Assembly (NCBI GenBank): GCA_052168235.1
Contig: JBQLZK010000039.1
Span: 1 to 64,000 of the forward strand
Length of the DNA stretch: 64,000 nucleotides
Reading direction: 5' to 3'
Source: Thainema sp.
GTDB taxonomy: Bacteria > Cyanobacteriota > Cyanobacteriia > Phormidesmidales > Phormidesmidaceae
Below are positions 32,351 to 41,917 of the stretch, in pieces. Each line of letters begins with the position of its first letter. Position 1 is the first letter of the stretch. A program made the position numbers and the translations under genes. Under the pieces are notes generated by a model. It did no database searches, was not told where the DNA came from, and was given only the letters and a program-made list of their open reading frames with translations.

Positions 32351-33697
32351 TCATTCTGTTGTCTCGGATTCGGCGGCGGCGCGTTCTAAGCGGGTTTGAA
32401 CGTCTTCAATAGATGAAGTAGTGGATTGGGCTTCAGCAGCAGCGCGTTCTAAGCGGGTTTGAATATCCACGGCAGAGACGTCAGATTGCTCCTGGTTGTT
32501 GGCTTCGGCTTCCTTTAGCCGCTCTTGTTCTTCGCGGAGGGCTTTTTCGGGGGGTGGGGCAGTTGAGCCTTCTACTCCGTCAGCCACCACGGCAGTAGAG
32601 CCATCGGGCATCATAATGGTGGTTTCCTGATCGGCGATGGGATTGTAGAAAAATGATCCGGTTTGTGGTGGCAGAGAGGGATCGAGGACGATATCGACGA
32701 GGCTCTTGATCACGCCAATCAGGGGAATGGCGAGAATGACGCCCAAAAGTCCGGCGATTCTAGCTCCCAGGAGCAAGGCGGCGAAGATGACGACGGGACT
32801 CGATCCGGTGAGGTTGCCCAGGACACGCGGTGCGACTAAATTATCTTTCACTTGCTGAACTGCGATCGCAGCTCCCACCACCTGGATCGCGAGCCACCAG
32901 TCCAGAAAGGCAACGATGAGGCCGACTGTGCCAATGCCCAAGGTTGCGCCGATGAAGGGAATCACTTCCATTGCGCCAATGAATACGGCGAACAGCAGGA
33001 AGAACGGCACTTGCAGCCAGAAAAAGACAAAGCTGAGGCTGACGGCCATGAATAAGCCGAGTAGAAGTTGGCCAGAGACGAACTTCTGCAAATTTTGCTG
33101 GAGCGAGAGCGTCAGCTTGGTGCGGATGCTAACGGCAAACACCTGAATCAGACCGTGCCAAACCCGCTCCCCGTCCACCAGCATGTAGAACGAGATCACC
33201 AAAATTAGGATTAGATCCAGCACGCCATTGAACGTGCCCAGGACAAATCCGACGCTGCCTGATGCAATGCCCTGGAGCGGCTTTTGGAGCTGAGCCAGCA
33301 CCTGCTGCTCTAGTAGCGGCACGTCAATCGGCAAATTGTAGTACTCACTCAGTTGCTGGAGTTCGGTCAACTGCGATCGCGCTGACTCCAGCAGCGACGG
33401 TGCATTGTTAATAAACTGACGAGCCTGCTCAATGATGATCGGCAATAGCGTAATGCCAATAATCACCACAAAAAAACCAGTGGCAACATAGACAATCACC
33501 GCCGCAATATTACGGGGAAAAGCTGCCTGCAAACGCTTGACTGGGTAATTGAGGATAAAGGCAATCAAACCTGCTGTAATCAAAATGCTCAGCAGTTCGC
33601 CAATATAGCTCAGTAGATTCAACGTGGCCCAGCCAGCCAGCAGGACTAGCAGCCAGGTGATCAACGCTTGTTGCAGTGGAGAAAATACGCGATACAT
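32351..33697 (-). CDS. AI-2E family (UPF0118/PerM) transporter
   Basis: AFILNYPV, ISFYMLVDG, IPFIGA, QQVKDNLVAPRVLG; likely ATG at 33697. Confidence 0.88.
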   Translation of the reverse strand: MYRVFSPLQQALITWLLVLLAGWATLNLLSYIGELLSILITAGLIAFILNYPVKRLQAAFPRNIAAVIVYVATGFFVVIIGITLLPIIIEQARQFINNAPSLLESARSQLTELQQLSEYYNLPIDVPLLEQQVLAQLQKPLQGIASGSVGFVLGTFNGVLDLILILVISFYMLVDGERVWHGLIQVFAVSIRTKLTLSLQQNLQKFVSGQLLLGLFMAVSLSFVFFWLQVPFFLLFAVFIGAMEVIPFIGATLGIGTVGLIVAFLDWWLAIQVVGAAIAVQQVKDNLVAPRVLGNLTGSSPVVIFAALLLGARIAGLLGVILAIPLIGVIKSLVDIVLDPSLPPQTGSFFYNPIADQETTIMMPDGSTAVVADGVEGSTAPPPEKALREEQERLKEAEANNQEQSDVSAVDIQTRLERAAAEAQSTTSSIEDVQTRLERAAAESETTE

Positions 33698-33788
33698 ATC
33701 CGCGATTAGGGTATATACAATCAACAAAGAGTAATAATGCTATCGCCATACGACGGTCACATCATTACTCTAAATGGTGATACGAAAT

Positions 33789-33828
33789 GTGGGGCGAATG
33801 AGTTGCGATCGCAACTCATTCGCCCCAC
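33789..33828. repeat. Perfect 40-bp palindrome centred on a HIP1 site
   Basis: GTGGGGCGAATGAGTTGCGA|TCGCAACTCATTCGCCCCAC. Confidence 0.95.
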
Positions 33829-33880
33829 TCAATCGAATATGGTTCCCCTCTAACTTGCACCTTGCGCTTTGAGAACCCGA

Positions 33881-33923
33881 AACGGTTGTTTTGCCGCCGC
33901 TTCGCGGCGGCAAAACAACCGTT
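33881..33923. repeat. Perfect 20-bp inverted repeat with 3-nt loop
   Basis: AACGGTTGTTTTGCCGCCGC-TTC-GCGGCGGCAAAACAACCGTT. Confidence 0.9.
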
Positions 33924-33960
33924 CTGGGGTTTGGTGCAAGATGTAAGTCTAAGTTCTCGA

Positions 33961-34824
33961 TTAAACGGCTACTGGTGGCTGAGAATTGGCTTCTGCCATT
34001 GCTTCATGTTCAACCACAAACACGTTGGAATAGAGGTTGGCAATCACCTGTTGGCCCTGCTGGGTTAGCGACAGATAGCGCAGGCCATCTTTGATGTAGG
34101 GATAAACGCCGTTCCAGTAAAACTTGGGATAGTTCATCCGCAGGTCGCCGGGGTGCTGGTAGTTCAGCGCTTTATTCACCCCTGTTTCTTCAAACTCATA
34201 GAACAGGGCACCAATCTTCTTCAGGTAGCGCGGATCGCTGAGCTGACCAATCAGGTCAGAGGCACGAATCAAACCGGGGTAATTGACTGTATCCTGATGG
34301 TCTTCGGCTTTGGGGACTGGGAAGCGGGTCAGCTCAATGTTGTACTTAATCTGCTCGGCATCGATTAACTTATGACCACCAAAGCGCTCTTCGACGAACA
34401 GCTTGGCCCGATCGACATGGTAGGGCGTCAGGCTGGCATCGGATGAACCCGGCGGTAACGGCACCATTTCATCGCCGCGACCCGTTGAGTAGAGTCCAGG
34501 CCGATCATCCCGACAAACACCCTTGACATAGCCAATGTCGTGGCAAACCAGCGAGATGATGAAGTGCAGCCAGTCTTCGCAGGATACACCCCCTTCCCGG
34601 ATATGCTTGCCGCGCAAAATCTCCTGACCGACCAGAGCCACCAAAATGGTGTGCTCCACGTTGTGATAGAGGGCATCACTATTGGCAATGTTTTCTAAGG
34701 CCATACTTCCGGCCCAGGCAATGATGTCCTCATAATCAGGCTTCCAGCCACCGTACGTACGGCGATAACCGGATCGCAGCTTATCGACAAAGTTATCGAT
34801 TAGGAGTTCAGTTGCATTAAACAT
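33961..34824 (-). CDS. Cyanobacterial HD-domain metalloprotein (Npun_R2479-like)
   Basis: SDALYHNVEHT, CHDIGY, PYHVDR, ASDLIGQLSDPRY. Confidence 0.85.
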   Translation of the reverse strand: MFNATELLIDNFVDKLRSGYRRTYGGWKPDYEDIIAWAGSMALENIANSDALYHNVEHTILVALVGQEILRGKHIREGGVSCEDWLHFIISLVCHDIGYVKGVCRDDRPGLYSTGRGDEMVPLPPGSSDASLTPYHVDRAKLFVEERFGGHKLIDAEQIKYNIELTRFPVPKAEDHQDTVNYPGLIRASDLIGQLSDPRYLKKIGALFYEFEETGVNKALNYQHPGDLRMNYPKFYWNGVYPYIKDGLRYLSLTQQGQQVIANLYSNVFVVEHEAMAEANSQPPVAV

Positions 34825-35438
34825 GCTCTACGTCCACTTGCGCTAAGGGTAAGGATGAATCAAACCTTCAGGAACTAACTTTACAGTAGCCAAAATGAGC
34901 TACCCATCAGCAGATAAGAAGTATCCGTTGTTTGAGGCATTTAGCTTAAAGTGCCCAGGTTAGGCTGAGAAATTATAGACAAGCTGAGCCAGTCTGTTTT
35001 TCATTAAAACGAGACTGCGGCAAATATGCTGTGATATTCGTCAGTCTTAACAGTAATCTTCCGCAGGCGAAACATTCTGTATCCGGGCGACACAACGCAT
35101 TTGATCGCTCGCACCGTAGCATAGTGTTTAATATTTTGTTACATTAAAAATGTGGAAAACATACTTACCGGTTGGTTATTACAATAGTGGGGTGTTAGGA
35201 AGGGGTTTGAGGGGGTAGAGGACTGTAAAGGCTGTAGAGGGTTGTAAAGGGCTGTACAGGGCTGTACAGGTTTTGGGATTATCGAGGGGGGCAGGGAATT
35301 TTGAGAAGGGTGGTTCAGTTTTTTGGGATGTGAGTGGTAAAGGCGTGAGCCAAGAAATGTGCGATCGCGCTTTTCCACTCCAGGAAATAAACAATGGGTG
35401 GCGAGCAGTTCAGTGAGGCAACGTTAAGGGGGTAAGCC

Positions 35439-36779
35439 ATGAATGGGGCGGATGCATTAGAACCAAAGCAGTCAAATCAGCAGTCAGGCAAGCAGACAAA
35501 TGAGCCGTCGCAGGCTCAGCGCTTCGATGATGCAGTGCCATCTCGGGCGTCGAAGCGAGGCGGTGGGCTGCTGTCTGGTAGTCGAGGTGTCTTGTTGGGT
35601 GTGGGTGTGGGGGCTGTACTGACGTTTGTAGGATTGCAGTTTACTAAGCCTGCTGCCAATGAATCTGCTTCAGCACCCGCAGAAACTGAGCAGGTGGCGA
35701 GCCAGACGGTGACGGCAAGTCGCGTTCAGGAGGTGCCGATTAACCAAACCCTCAGCGCCACGGGCACGGTGGAAGCGATTGACCTGCTGCCGATTGCGCC
35801 ACGGGCTTCGGGGCTACAGGTGCAGCAGGTGCTGGTGGAAGAAGGCAATGCGGTGCAGGCGGGACAAACACTAGCTGTTCTAGACGATACGGTGCTCCAG
35901 TCGCAAATTCGGCAGGCGGAGGCTCAGATTGAATCGGCTCAGGCTGGCGTGCGGCAGCGGCAGGCGGCATTAGGCCAAGCTCAAGCTAGTCAGGCAGAAG
36001 CCCAGCGCAATTTTGAGCGCTATCAGACGTTGGCGAATGAGGGTGCTATTAGTCGCGAAACGCTGGATTCTAAAGTGACAGCAGCAGCAACGGCTCAGGA
36101 GTCCGTTAGCCTAGCTCAAGCCGATATTGCCAATGCTGAGGCGAGTGTCCGCAGTGCCGAGGCGAATTTATCTCAGTTGCGATCGCAATTGGATCAAACT
36201 CTAGTCGTTGCTCCGGCTGACGGTATCATTGCGGAAAAGATTGCCCGTGTTGGTAATGTTTCCTCGGCCTCTGATCCGCTGTTTACGCTGATTCGCGATG
36301 ACCTGCTGGAGCTACAGGTGAAAGTGCCGCAAACCAATTTAGCGCAAGTTCGCCTGGGTGCGCCCGTCAAAATCACCTCCAGTTCCGACCGTCGCCTTCA
36401 GCTTGAAGGTCGAGTTCGGGAAATTGCGCCGTTGGTTGATGCGAATACACGGGAGGCCACGGTCAAAATTTCGCTGCCGTCCTCACCACTGCTGCGGCCC
36501 GGTATGTTCCTGTCTGCCGAGATTGTCACCGAGCAGGGGCGGGGCTTTGCGATTCCGTCGGAAGCGGTGATGTCCGATAATAGCGGCGCATCCTTTATCT
36601 ATGCCCTGGATGTCAATAATGTGGTGGAGCGGCGACCGATTGAAGTGGGTGCTCGCCTACCGCAAGGTGATGGTGATGCCCAGGTTGAGGTCCTGAGCGG
36701 CTTGGGTTCGGGCGATCGGATTGTCGTCAAAGGGGCAGGCTATGTCCAAGAAGGCGATCGCGTCCGCGTAGCCGAATAG
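35439..36779 (+). CDS. RND efflux periplasmic adaptor (membrane fusion protein)
   Basis: TM anchor, lipoyl-like VLVEEGNAVQAGQTL, alpha-hairpin, APADGII, LRPGMF. Confidence 0.92.
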   Translation: MNGADALEPKQSNQQSGKQTNEPSQAQRFDDAVPSRASKRGGGLLSGSRGVLLGVGVGAVLTFVGLQFTKPAANESASAPAETEQVASQTVTASRVQEVPINQTLSATGTVEAIDLLPIAPRASGLQVQQVLVEEGNAVQAGQTLAVLDDTVLQSQIRQAEAQIESAQAGVRQRQAALGQAQASQAEAQRNFERYQTLANEGAISRETLDSKVTAAATAQESVSLAQADIANAEASVRSAEANLSQLRSQLDQTLVVAPADGIIAEKIARVGNVSSASDPLFTLIRDDLLELQVKVPQTNLAQVRLGAPVKITSSSDRRLQLEGRVREIAPLVDANTREATVKISLPSSPLLRPGMFLSAEIVTEQGRGFAIPSEAVMSDNSGASFIYALDVNNVVERRPIEVGARLPQGDGDAQVEVLSGLGSGDRIVVKGAGYVQEGDRVRVAE

Positions 36780-37017
36780 TTCCCAGGTCAGTTCTCTGCT
36801 TGTTTGCCGCTCTGGTCACTCGTCCTGTCCCTCTTCTCCAACTCTCGCCTTCATGAAGTTCAGCTACCAATCAATCCCCCTTGCTCTCCTGCCCCCATCC
36901 TCACACCATTAGTTCCACCTACTAACAAATTCCCCTGCTCCCCTGCTCTGATTCCCGCACCCATTGATCTACAGCGTCAGGGAAAACCATACAACTCTTT
37001 TTCTCCTCTCTTCACCC

Positions 37018-40000
37018 ATGTTTAACGTCTCTAACTGGTCGATTCGGCGTCCGATCCCAACCATTGTGCTGTTTCTCGTCCTCACGCTGGCAGGGTTGGT
37101 GGCCTTTGGCAATCTGGGAATTGACTCGAACCCCAATATTGATATTCCTGCCGTGAGCGTGACGGTAACACAGCCAGGTGCAGGGCCAGAAGAACTGGAA
37201 ACCCAAGTCACCAAAAGGGTAGAAGATGCCGTCGCGGGACTTGGTAATATTGACGCGATTAACTCCACTGTTAACGATGGCGTATCAACCACGGTGGTGC
37301 AGTTTCTCCTGGGTACCGACAGCGATCGCGCCACCAATGACGTGCGTAATGAGATTGCACAGATCCGCCAAAGCTTACCTGCCGACATCAATGAGCCGAT
37401 TGTGCAGCGTCTACAGTTTGAAGGCGGCGCAATTATGACCTATGCCGTCATCTCTGAGCAGCGCTCGGTGGAAGAACTGAGCGACCTAATTGACCGTACG
37501 CTCAGTCGCGAAATCCTAGCCGTAAAAGGCGTTTCGCAGGTGCAGCGGGTAGGCGGTGTCGATCGCGAAATTCGGGTTGATCTCGACCCCGATCGCTTGG
37601 AAGCGCTGGGAATTACCGCAACGCAGGTCAATGAGCAAATTCGCAATTTTAATATTGACTTGCCCGGTGGCCGAGTAGACATCGGCGGACAAGAGCAGGG
37701 CATCCGGACTCTAGGCAGCGCTGAAACAGTAGAGTCCTTGCGGAACTATCAGATTGTGCTGCCCAGTGGCGGCACGGTGCCGCTTTCCAGCCTGGGTGTG
37801 GTTGAAGATGGCTTTGCCGAGCAGCGTCAGTCGGCTCAGTTTAATGGTCAGCCAGTGGTTGCGTTTTCCGTGTTCCGGAGCACAGGCAGTACGCTGGTTT
37901 CCGTCGAAGAAGGCGTGCGCGACGTGGTGGCGCAACTCGATCAGACGCTGCCGGACGACATCAACCTAGAGTTAATCTTTACTGAAGCTGATTACATTCG
38001 CGAATCCTATCAAGCCTCAATTGAGGCGCTGATCATGGGGTGTGTCCTAGCTGTGGTCGTGGTTGGTATCTTTCTGCGGGACTGGCGAGCCACGCTGATT
38101 ACGGCAATGGCTTTACCCCTTTCGATTATTCCCACCTTTCTGGTCATGCAGGCGCTGGGTTATACGCTCAACAGCATGACCACTCTGGGTTTGACGCTGG
38201 CCGTTGGTAACTTGGTAGACGATGCCATCGTTGAAATTGAAAACGTTGAGCGCCATATGCGTATGGGCAAGCGTCCCTACAAAGCAGCGATGGAGTCTAC
38301 CGCCGAGGTGGGACTGGCCGTTTTGACCACTACCGCTACCATTGTTGCCGTCTTCATTCCCGTCGCGTTCATGGGGGGCATTCCGGGACAGTTCTTCAAG
38401 CCGTTTGGCGTGGTTGTGGCGGTTTCGACCATGTTCTCGACGTTGGTGGCGCGCCTGATGACGCCAATGATGTCGGCCTACTTGCTGAAGCCTAAACCTA
38501 AGCAGCAGCTTAGCTTAGCGAATGGTAACGGCAAGGTTAGCAGCCAATTCAGTGACTCATATAGTGAACTCTCTAATGGTCATACGAATGGTCAGCAAAA
38601 CGGTCATACAAACGGTAACGGCCACCATTCCAAGGGTCATGCTCAGACAGCCTATGAGGATGATTCATCCCTTACAGCTCCACCCACTAAACCCGGTCTC
38701 TATCCCTATCGTCGCCTATTAGACATCGCGCTGCGGCATCGAGTGACGACCCTGGCATGTGCGATCGCATTTTTTGTCGGTAGTCTAATGCTGGTGCCCT
38801 ATATTCCCACGAGCTTGTTTGATGGCGATGATCAGGGACTATCGAGCATTACGGTAGAGGTTCCACCCGGTTCCACAATTGAAGATACCCAAGCCGTGAC
38901 GGATCAAATTACGCAGATCCTGCTCGAAAACTCAGCCGTCAGCAGTATTTTGGCGACTGAAGGGACAGGCCAAGATGGGACAGGTGGTGCCGTCAATCGG
39001 GCTAAACTTTACGTCAATCTCAAACCTAAGAACGAGCGCGATCTGTCGCAGTTCGAGTTTGAAGACCAGACCCGCCAACAGTTTGAGCAGATCCCTGGTG
39101 CGCGGATTAGCTATGACAGCCAAGGTGCATCGGGTGACGGCAAAGATCTCAATATCGTCTTAAAAAGCGAAGATGCTGATGCGTTGCTGGCAACGGCAAA
39201 CCAGCTCACCCGCGAGGTACGCCAAATCCCTGGCCTGGTTGACGTGTCCTCTAGTGCCAGCTTGGTTAAACCAGAGATTCTGGTGATTCCTGACCCGGCA
39301 AGAGCGGCGGATCAGGGGGTTTCGGTACGTGCGATCGCAAATACGGCTTCCTTGGCGACCATTGGCGATAACGAAGCGAACTTGCCCAAGTTTGACCTAG
39401 CGGATCGGCAAATCCCAATTCGTATCCAGCTAGCACCAGAGTATCGCAATAATCCCGATACGATTCGCTACCTGAAAGTGCCGAGTGAGGACGGTGATCT
39501 CGTGCCCCTGTCTGCCGTTGCGAATATCGAGTTTGGTAGCGGCCCATCGCAGATTGACCGCTTTGACCGTTCGCGCCAAGTCTCTGTCGGTGCCAATCTG
39601 GAAGGCATTACGCTCGGACAAGGTTTAGCAGCGGTCAATGCGCTGCCGACGATGCAGAACCTGCCCGCTGGTGTCACCCAAGAACCCGCTGGTGACGCGG
39701 AGATTATGCGCGACATCTTCAGCCGCTTTTTGCTGGCGCTCGGTACGGCGGTGCTGATGATTTATTCGGTGCTGGTGCTGCTGTACAACAACTTCCTCTA
39801 CCCGTTCACGATTATGGTGGCGCTGCCGCTGTCGCTGGGTGGAGCGCTGACGGGTTTAATGATTACCCAAAAGTCGCTGGGTCTGTTTGCGCTCATTGGT
39901 ATCGTGTTGCTGATGGGACTGGTGACGAAAAACTCAATTCTGCTGGTGGACTATGCGCTGATGGCCAAGCAGCAGGGTAAACCGCTGACGCAAGCGGTCA

Positions 40001-40311
40001 AGGAGGCGGGAATTACTCGTCTACGTCCGATTTTAATGACCTCCATTTCGACGATTGCGGGGATGGTGCCCATCGCGATGGAGTGGGGGGCAGGCGGTAC
40101 GTCGCGCAGTCCAATGGCGATCGCAGTTATCGGTGGGTTTAGTACGTCTACGCTGCTGACGCTGGTTGTGGTGCCGGTGATCTTCACCTATGTGGATCGC
40201 TTCTATGATTGGCTGAAACAACTGGTTCGCTATGTTTCGGCCTCGCCGGATTCTCGCCAGCGACTAAATCGGAAGAAAATGCGATCGCAGCGTCTGCCGA
40301 TTGGGAAATAA
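37018..40311 (+). CDS. RND efflux transporter permease (AcrB/AcrD/AcrF family)
   Basis: WSIRRPI, GNLVDDAIVEIENV, GLVTKNSILLVD, RLRPILMTS; ATG at 37018. Confidence 0.95.
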   Translation: MFNVSNWSIRRPIPTIVLFLVLTLAGLVAFGNLGIDSNPNIDIPAVSVTVTQPGAGPEELETQVTKRVEDAVAGLGNIDAINSTVNDGVSTTVVQFLLGTDSDRATNDVRNEIAQIRQSLPADINEPIVQRLQFEGGAIMTYAVISEQRSVEELSDLIDRTLSREILAVKGVSQVQRVGGVDREIRVDLDPDRLEALGITATQVNEQIRNFNIDLPGGRVDIGGQEQGIRTLGSAETVESLRNYQIVLPSGGTVPLSSLGVVEDGFAEQRQSAQFNGQPVVAFSVFRSTGSTLVSVEEGVRDVVAQLDQTLPDDINLELIFTEADYIRESYQASIEALIMGCVLAVVVVGIFLRDWRATLITAMALPLSIIPTFLVMQALGYTLNSMTTLGLTLAVGNLVDDAIVEIENVERHMRMGKRPYKAAMESTAEVGLAVLTTTATIVAVFIPVAFMGGIPGQFFKPFGVVVAVSTMFSTLVARLMTPMMSAYLLKPKPKQQLSLANGNGKVSSQFSDSYSELSNGHTNGQQNGHTNGNGHHSKGHAQTAYEDDSSLTAPPTKPGLYPYRRLLDIALRHRVTTLACAIAFFVGSLMLVPYIPTSLFDGDDQGLSSITVEVPPGSTIEDTQAVTDQITQILLENSAVSSILATEGTGQDGTGGAVNRAKLYVNLKPKNERDLSQFEFEDQTRQQFEQIPGARISYDSQGASGDGKDLNIVLKSEDADALLATANQLTREVRQIPGLVDVSSSASLVKPEILVIPDPARAADQGVSVRAIANTASLATIGDNEANLPKFDLADRQIPIRIQLAPEYRNNPDTIRYLKVPSEDGDLVPLSAVANIEFGSGPSQIDRFDRSRQVSVGANLEGITLGQGLAAVNALPTMQNLPAGVTQEPAGDAEIMRDIFSRFLLALGTAVLMIYSVLVLLYNNFLYPFTIMVALPLSLGGALTGLMITQKSLGLFALIGIVLLMGLVTKNSILLVDYALMAKQQGKPLTQAVKEAGITRLRPILMTSISTIAGMVPIAMEWGAGGTSRSPMAIAVIGGFSTSTLLTLVVVPVIFTYVDRFYDWLKQLVRYVSASPDSRQRLNRKKMRSQRLPIGK

Positions 40312-40335
40312 TCTATAATGGCTATCCAAGCCATT

Positions 40336-40407
40336 GCGGATGTAGTTCAGTGGTAGAACGTCAGCTTCCCAAGCTGAATGTCGTGGGTTCGAGTCCCATC
40401 ATCCGCT
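40336..40407 (+). tRNA. tRNA-Gly (anticodon CCC); probable integration site of the downstream element
   Basis: 72-nt cloverleaf GCGGATG...CATCCGCT, anticodon arm CAGC-TTCCCAA-GCTG, GTTCGAGTC; TATAAT -10 box at 40314-40319. Confidence 0.97.
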
Positions 40408-40639
40408 TTCAAGTGATAAAGCCCATAATGCCTATTGTAGAACGGGTTCAGACATCAAGATGTTGATGAATTTTAAGAAATATGGCGATAGCGTTTGGTC
40501 ATATTGGGGCAGTTTGGGTGTAAAAACTGGTATAAAACTGGTATAAAATACCGGGCACGAAAAGCAGTCTGAAGGGGTCTGGAATAACCATCGGCATTGG
40601 TAAGGGTGCAGACAACACACTTTATTTTTATTCCGGACT

Positions 40640-41812
40640 ATGGCTAAAGGACAAGTCAAAATCGAGGTTTACGCTGAGCGCTTAAGATTACGGTGGAGCT
40701 ATCAGGGTAAACGCTATTGTTTATCTGTTGGTTTACCCGACAGTGTGATTAATCGTAAGGTTGCTTCTCAGAAGGCTCAGCAAATAGAGTTGGATATGCT
40801 CAGCGGCAACTTTGATCCAAGTTTGGAGAAATATAGACCCGAGTCGGTTTCCTCAACATTCCCACTAAAATCAAGAAGAGTAAACGGGAGTCAAACTTTC
40901 TCTGAGGTTTTTGAACAACACTGGGACGAGTTTGTAGACGACAAAGAGCAGCGGCTAGATAACCCGTTTACCATTGTCGCGATGTACAACCCGATTCCCA
41001 AAAAGGTGCGCAAGTTTGGCCGCCAGCTTATCAGCTCTCAGGAGGCCCAAGAGTTTATCCACTTTATGCTTCAGGATGCGGCCCCAGCAACAATTAAAAA
41101 GCATGTCATTATCTTGAACGATTTCGGCAACTGGGTTCAGCAACACAAGTTGGTGAATACCGATTGGGAAAATCCATTTGCTGGTTTAACGAAATTGTGC
41201 CGTCCAGTCCCCCCACTAAAAGCCCCGCCCTTTAGTGAAACAGAAATTCAGCAAATCATCGATCAGTTCCAACGAGATCGCTACTATGCCTATTACACGA
41301 ACTATGTTCGCTTCTTATTTATGACTGGTTGCCGAACAGGTGAAGCCATTGGATTGCAATGGAAACACATTCGTTATGACGGCTTAGAAATCACGTTCAA
41401 CGAAACTTTAGTGAGAAAAGGAACTGGAACAGCACGTTTGCGAAAGGCGACAAAAACCAACCGTTCTCGGACATTTCCTTGTAATTATGAACTCCAGTCG
41501 CTTCTGCTGTCTATTCGTCCTGAAGGCTACAGTCCCGATATGTTGGTCTTTCCAAGTCCCAAGGGTAAACCAATCGATGCAACCAATTTTGTCAACCGAG
41601 CATGGCTGAGCGTTTTGAAGAAGTGTGGAATGACAAAAGAGAATGGGCTATATCGAACTCAGTACAATACTCGGCATACCTTCATAAGCCATATGCTGGC
41701 CAAGGGAATGTCAGTGATTGAGGTCGCGAAGTTAACTGGACATGATCCTAAAATTTTGTTGGATCATTATGCTGGTTTGATTAACAAAATTGAGGTGCCA
41801 ACTTTTTTCTAA
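40640..41812 (+). CDS. Tyrosine recombinase/integrase with N-terminal arm-binding domain
   Basis: N-terminal RLRLRWSYQGKRYCLSVG...IELDMLSGNFDPSLEKY; catalytic TGCRTGE, YNTRHT, GH, DHY. Confidence 0.93.
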   Translation: MAKGQVKIEVYAERLRLRWSYQGKRYCLSVGLPDSVINRKVASQKAQQIELDMLSGNFDPSLEKYRPESVSSTFPLKSRRVNGSQTFSEVFEQHWDEFVDDKEQRLDNPFTIVAMYNPIPKKVRKFGRQLISSQEAQEFIHFMLQDAAPATIKKHVIILNDFGNWVQQHKLVNTDWENPFAGLTKLCRPVPPLKAPPFSETEIQQIIDQFQRDRYYAYYTNYVRFLFMTGCRTGEAIGLQWKHIRYDGLEITFNETLVRKGTGTARLRKATKTNRSRTFPCNYELQSLLLSIRPEGYSPDMLVFPSPKGKPIDATNFVNRAWLSVLKKCGMTKENGLYRTQYNTRHTFISHMLAKGMSVIEVAKLTGHDPKILLDHYAGLINKIEVPTFF

Positions 41813-41917
41813 TGGACTGTTAGTCTCCTCTAATCGAACCTGAGCATCTTTAAATAATTTGTTCCAATTTGATTCTGGTTACCCTAAATCATCAAGCAAC
41901 TAGGCAATCCGCAATGT

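Noticed and set aside
761..40466. Numerous short antisense or alternate-frame ORFs within housekeeping genes
   Set aside because: Shadow ORFs of well-supported genes, with no SD, motif or compositional support
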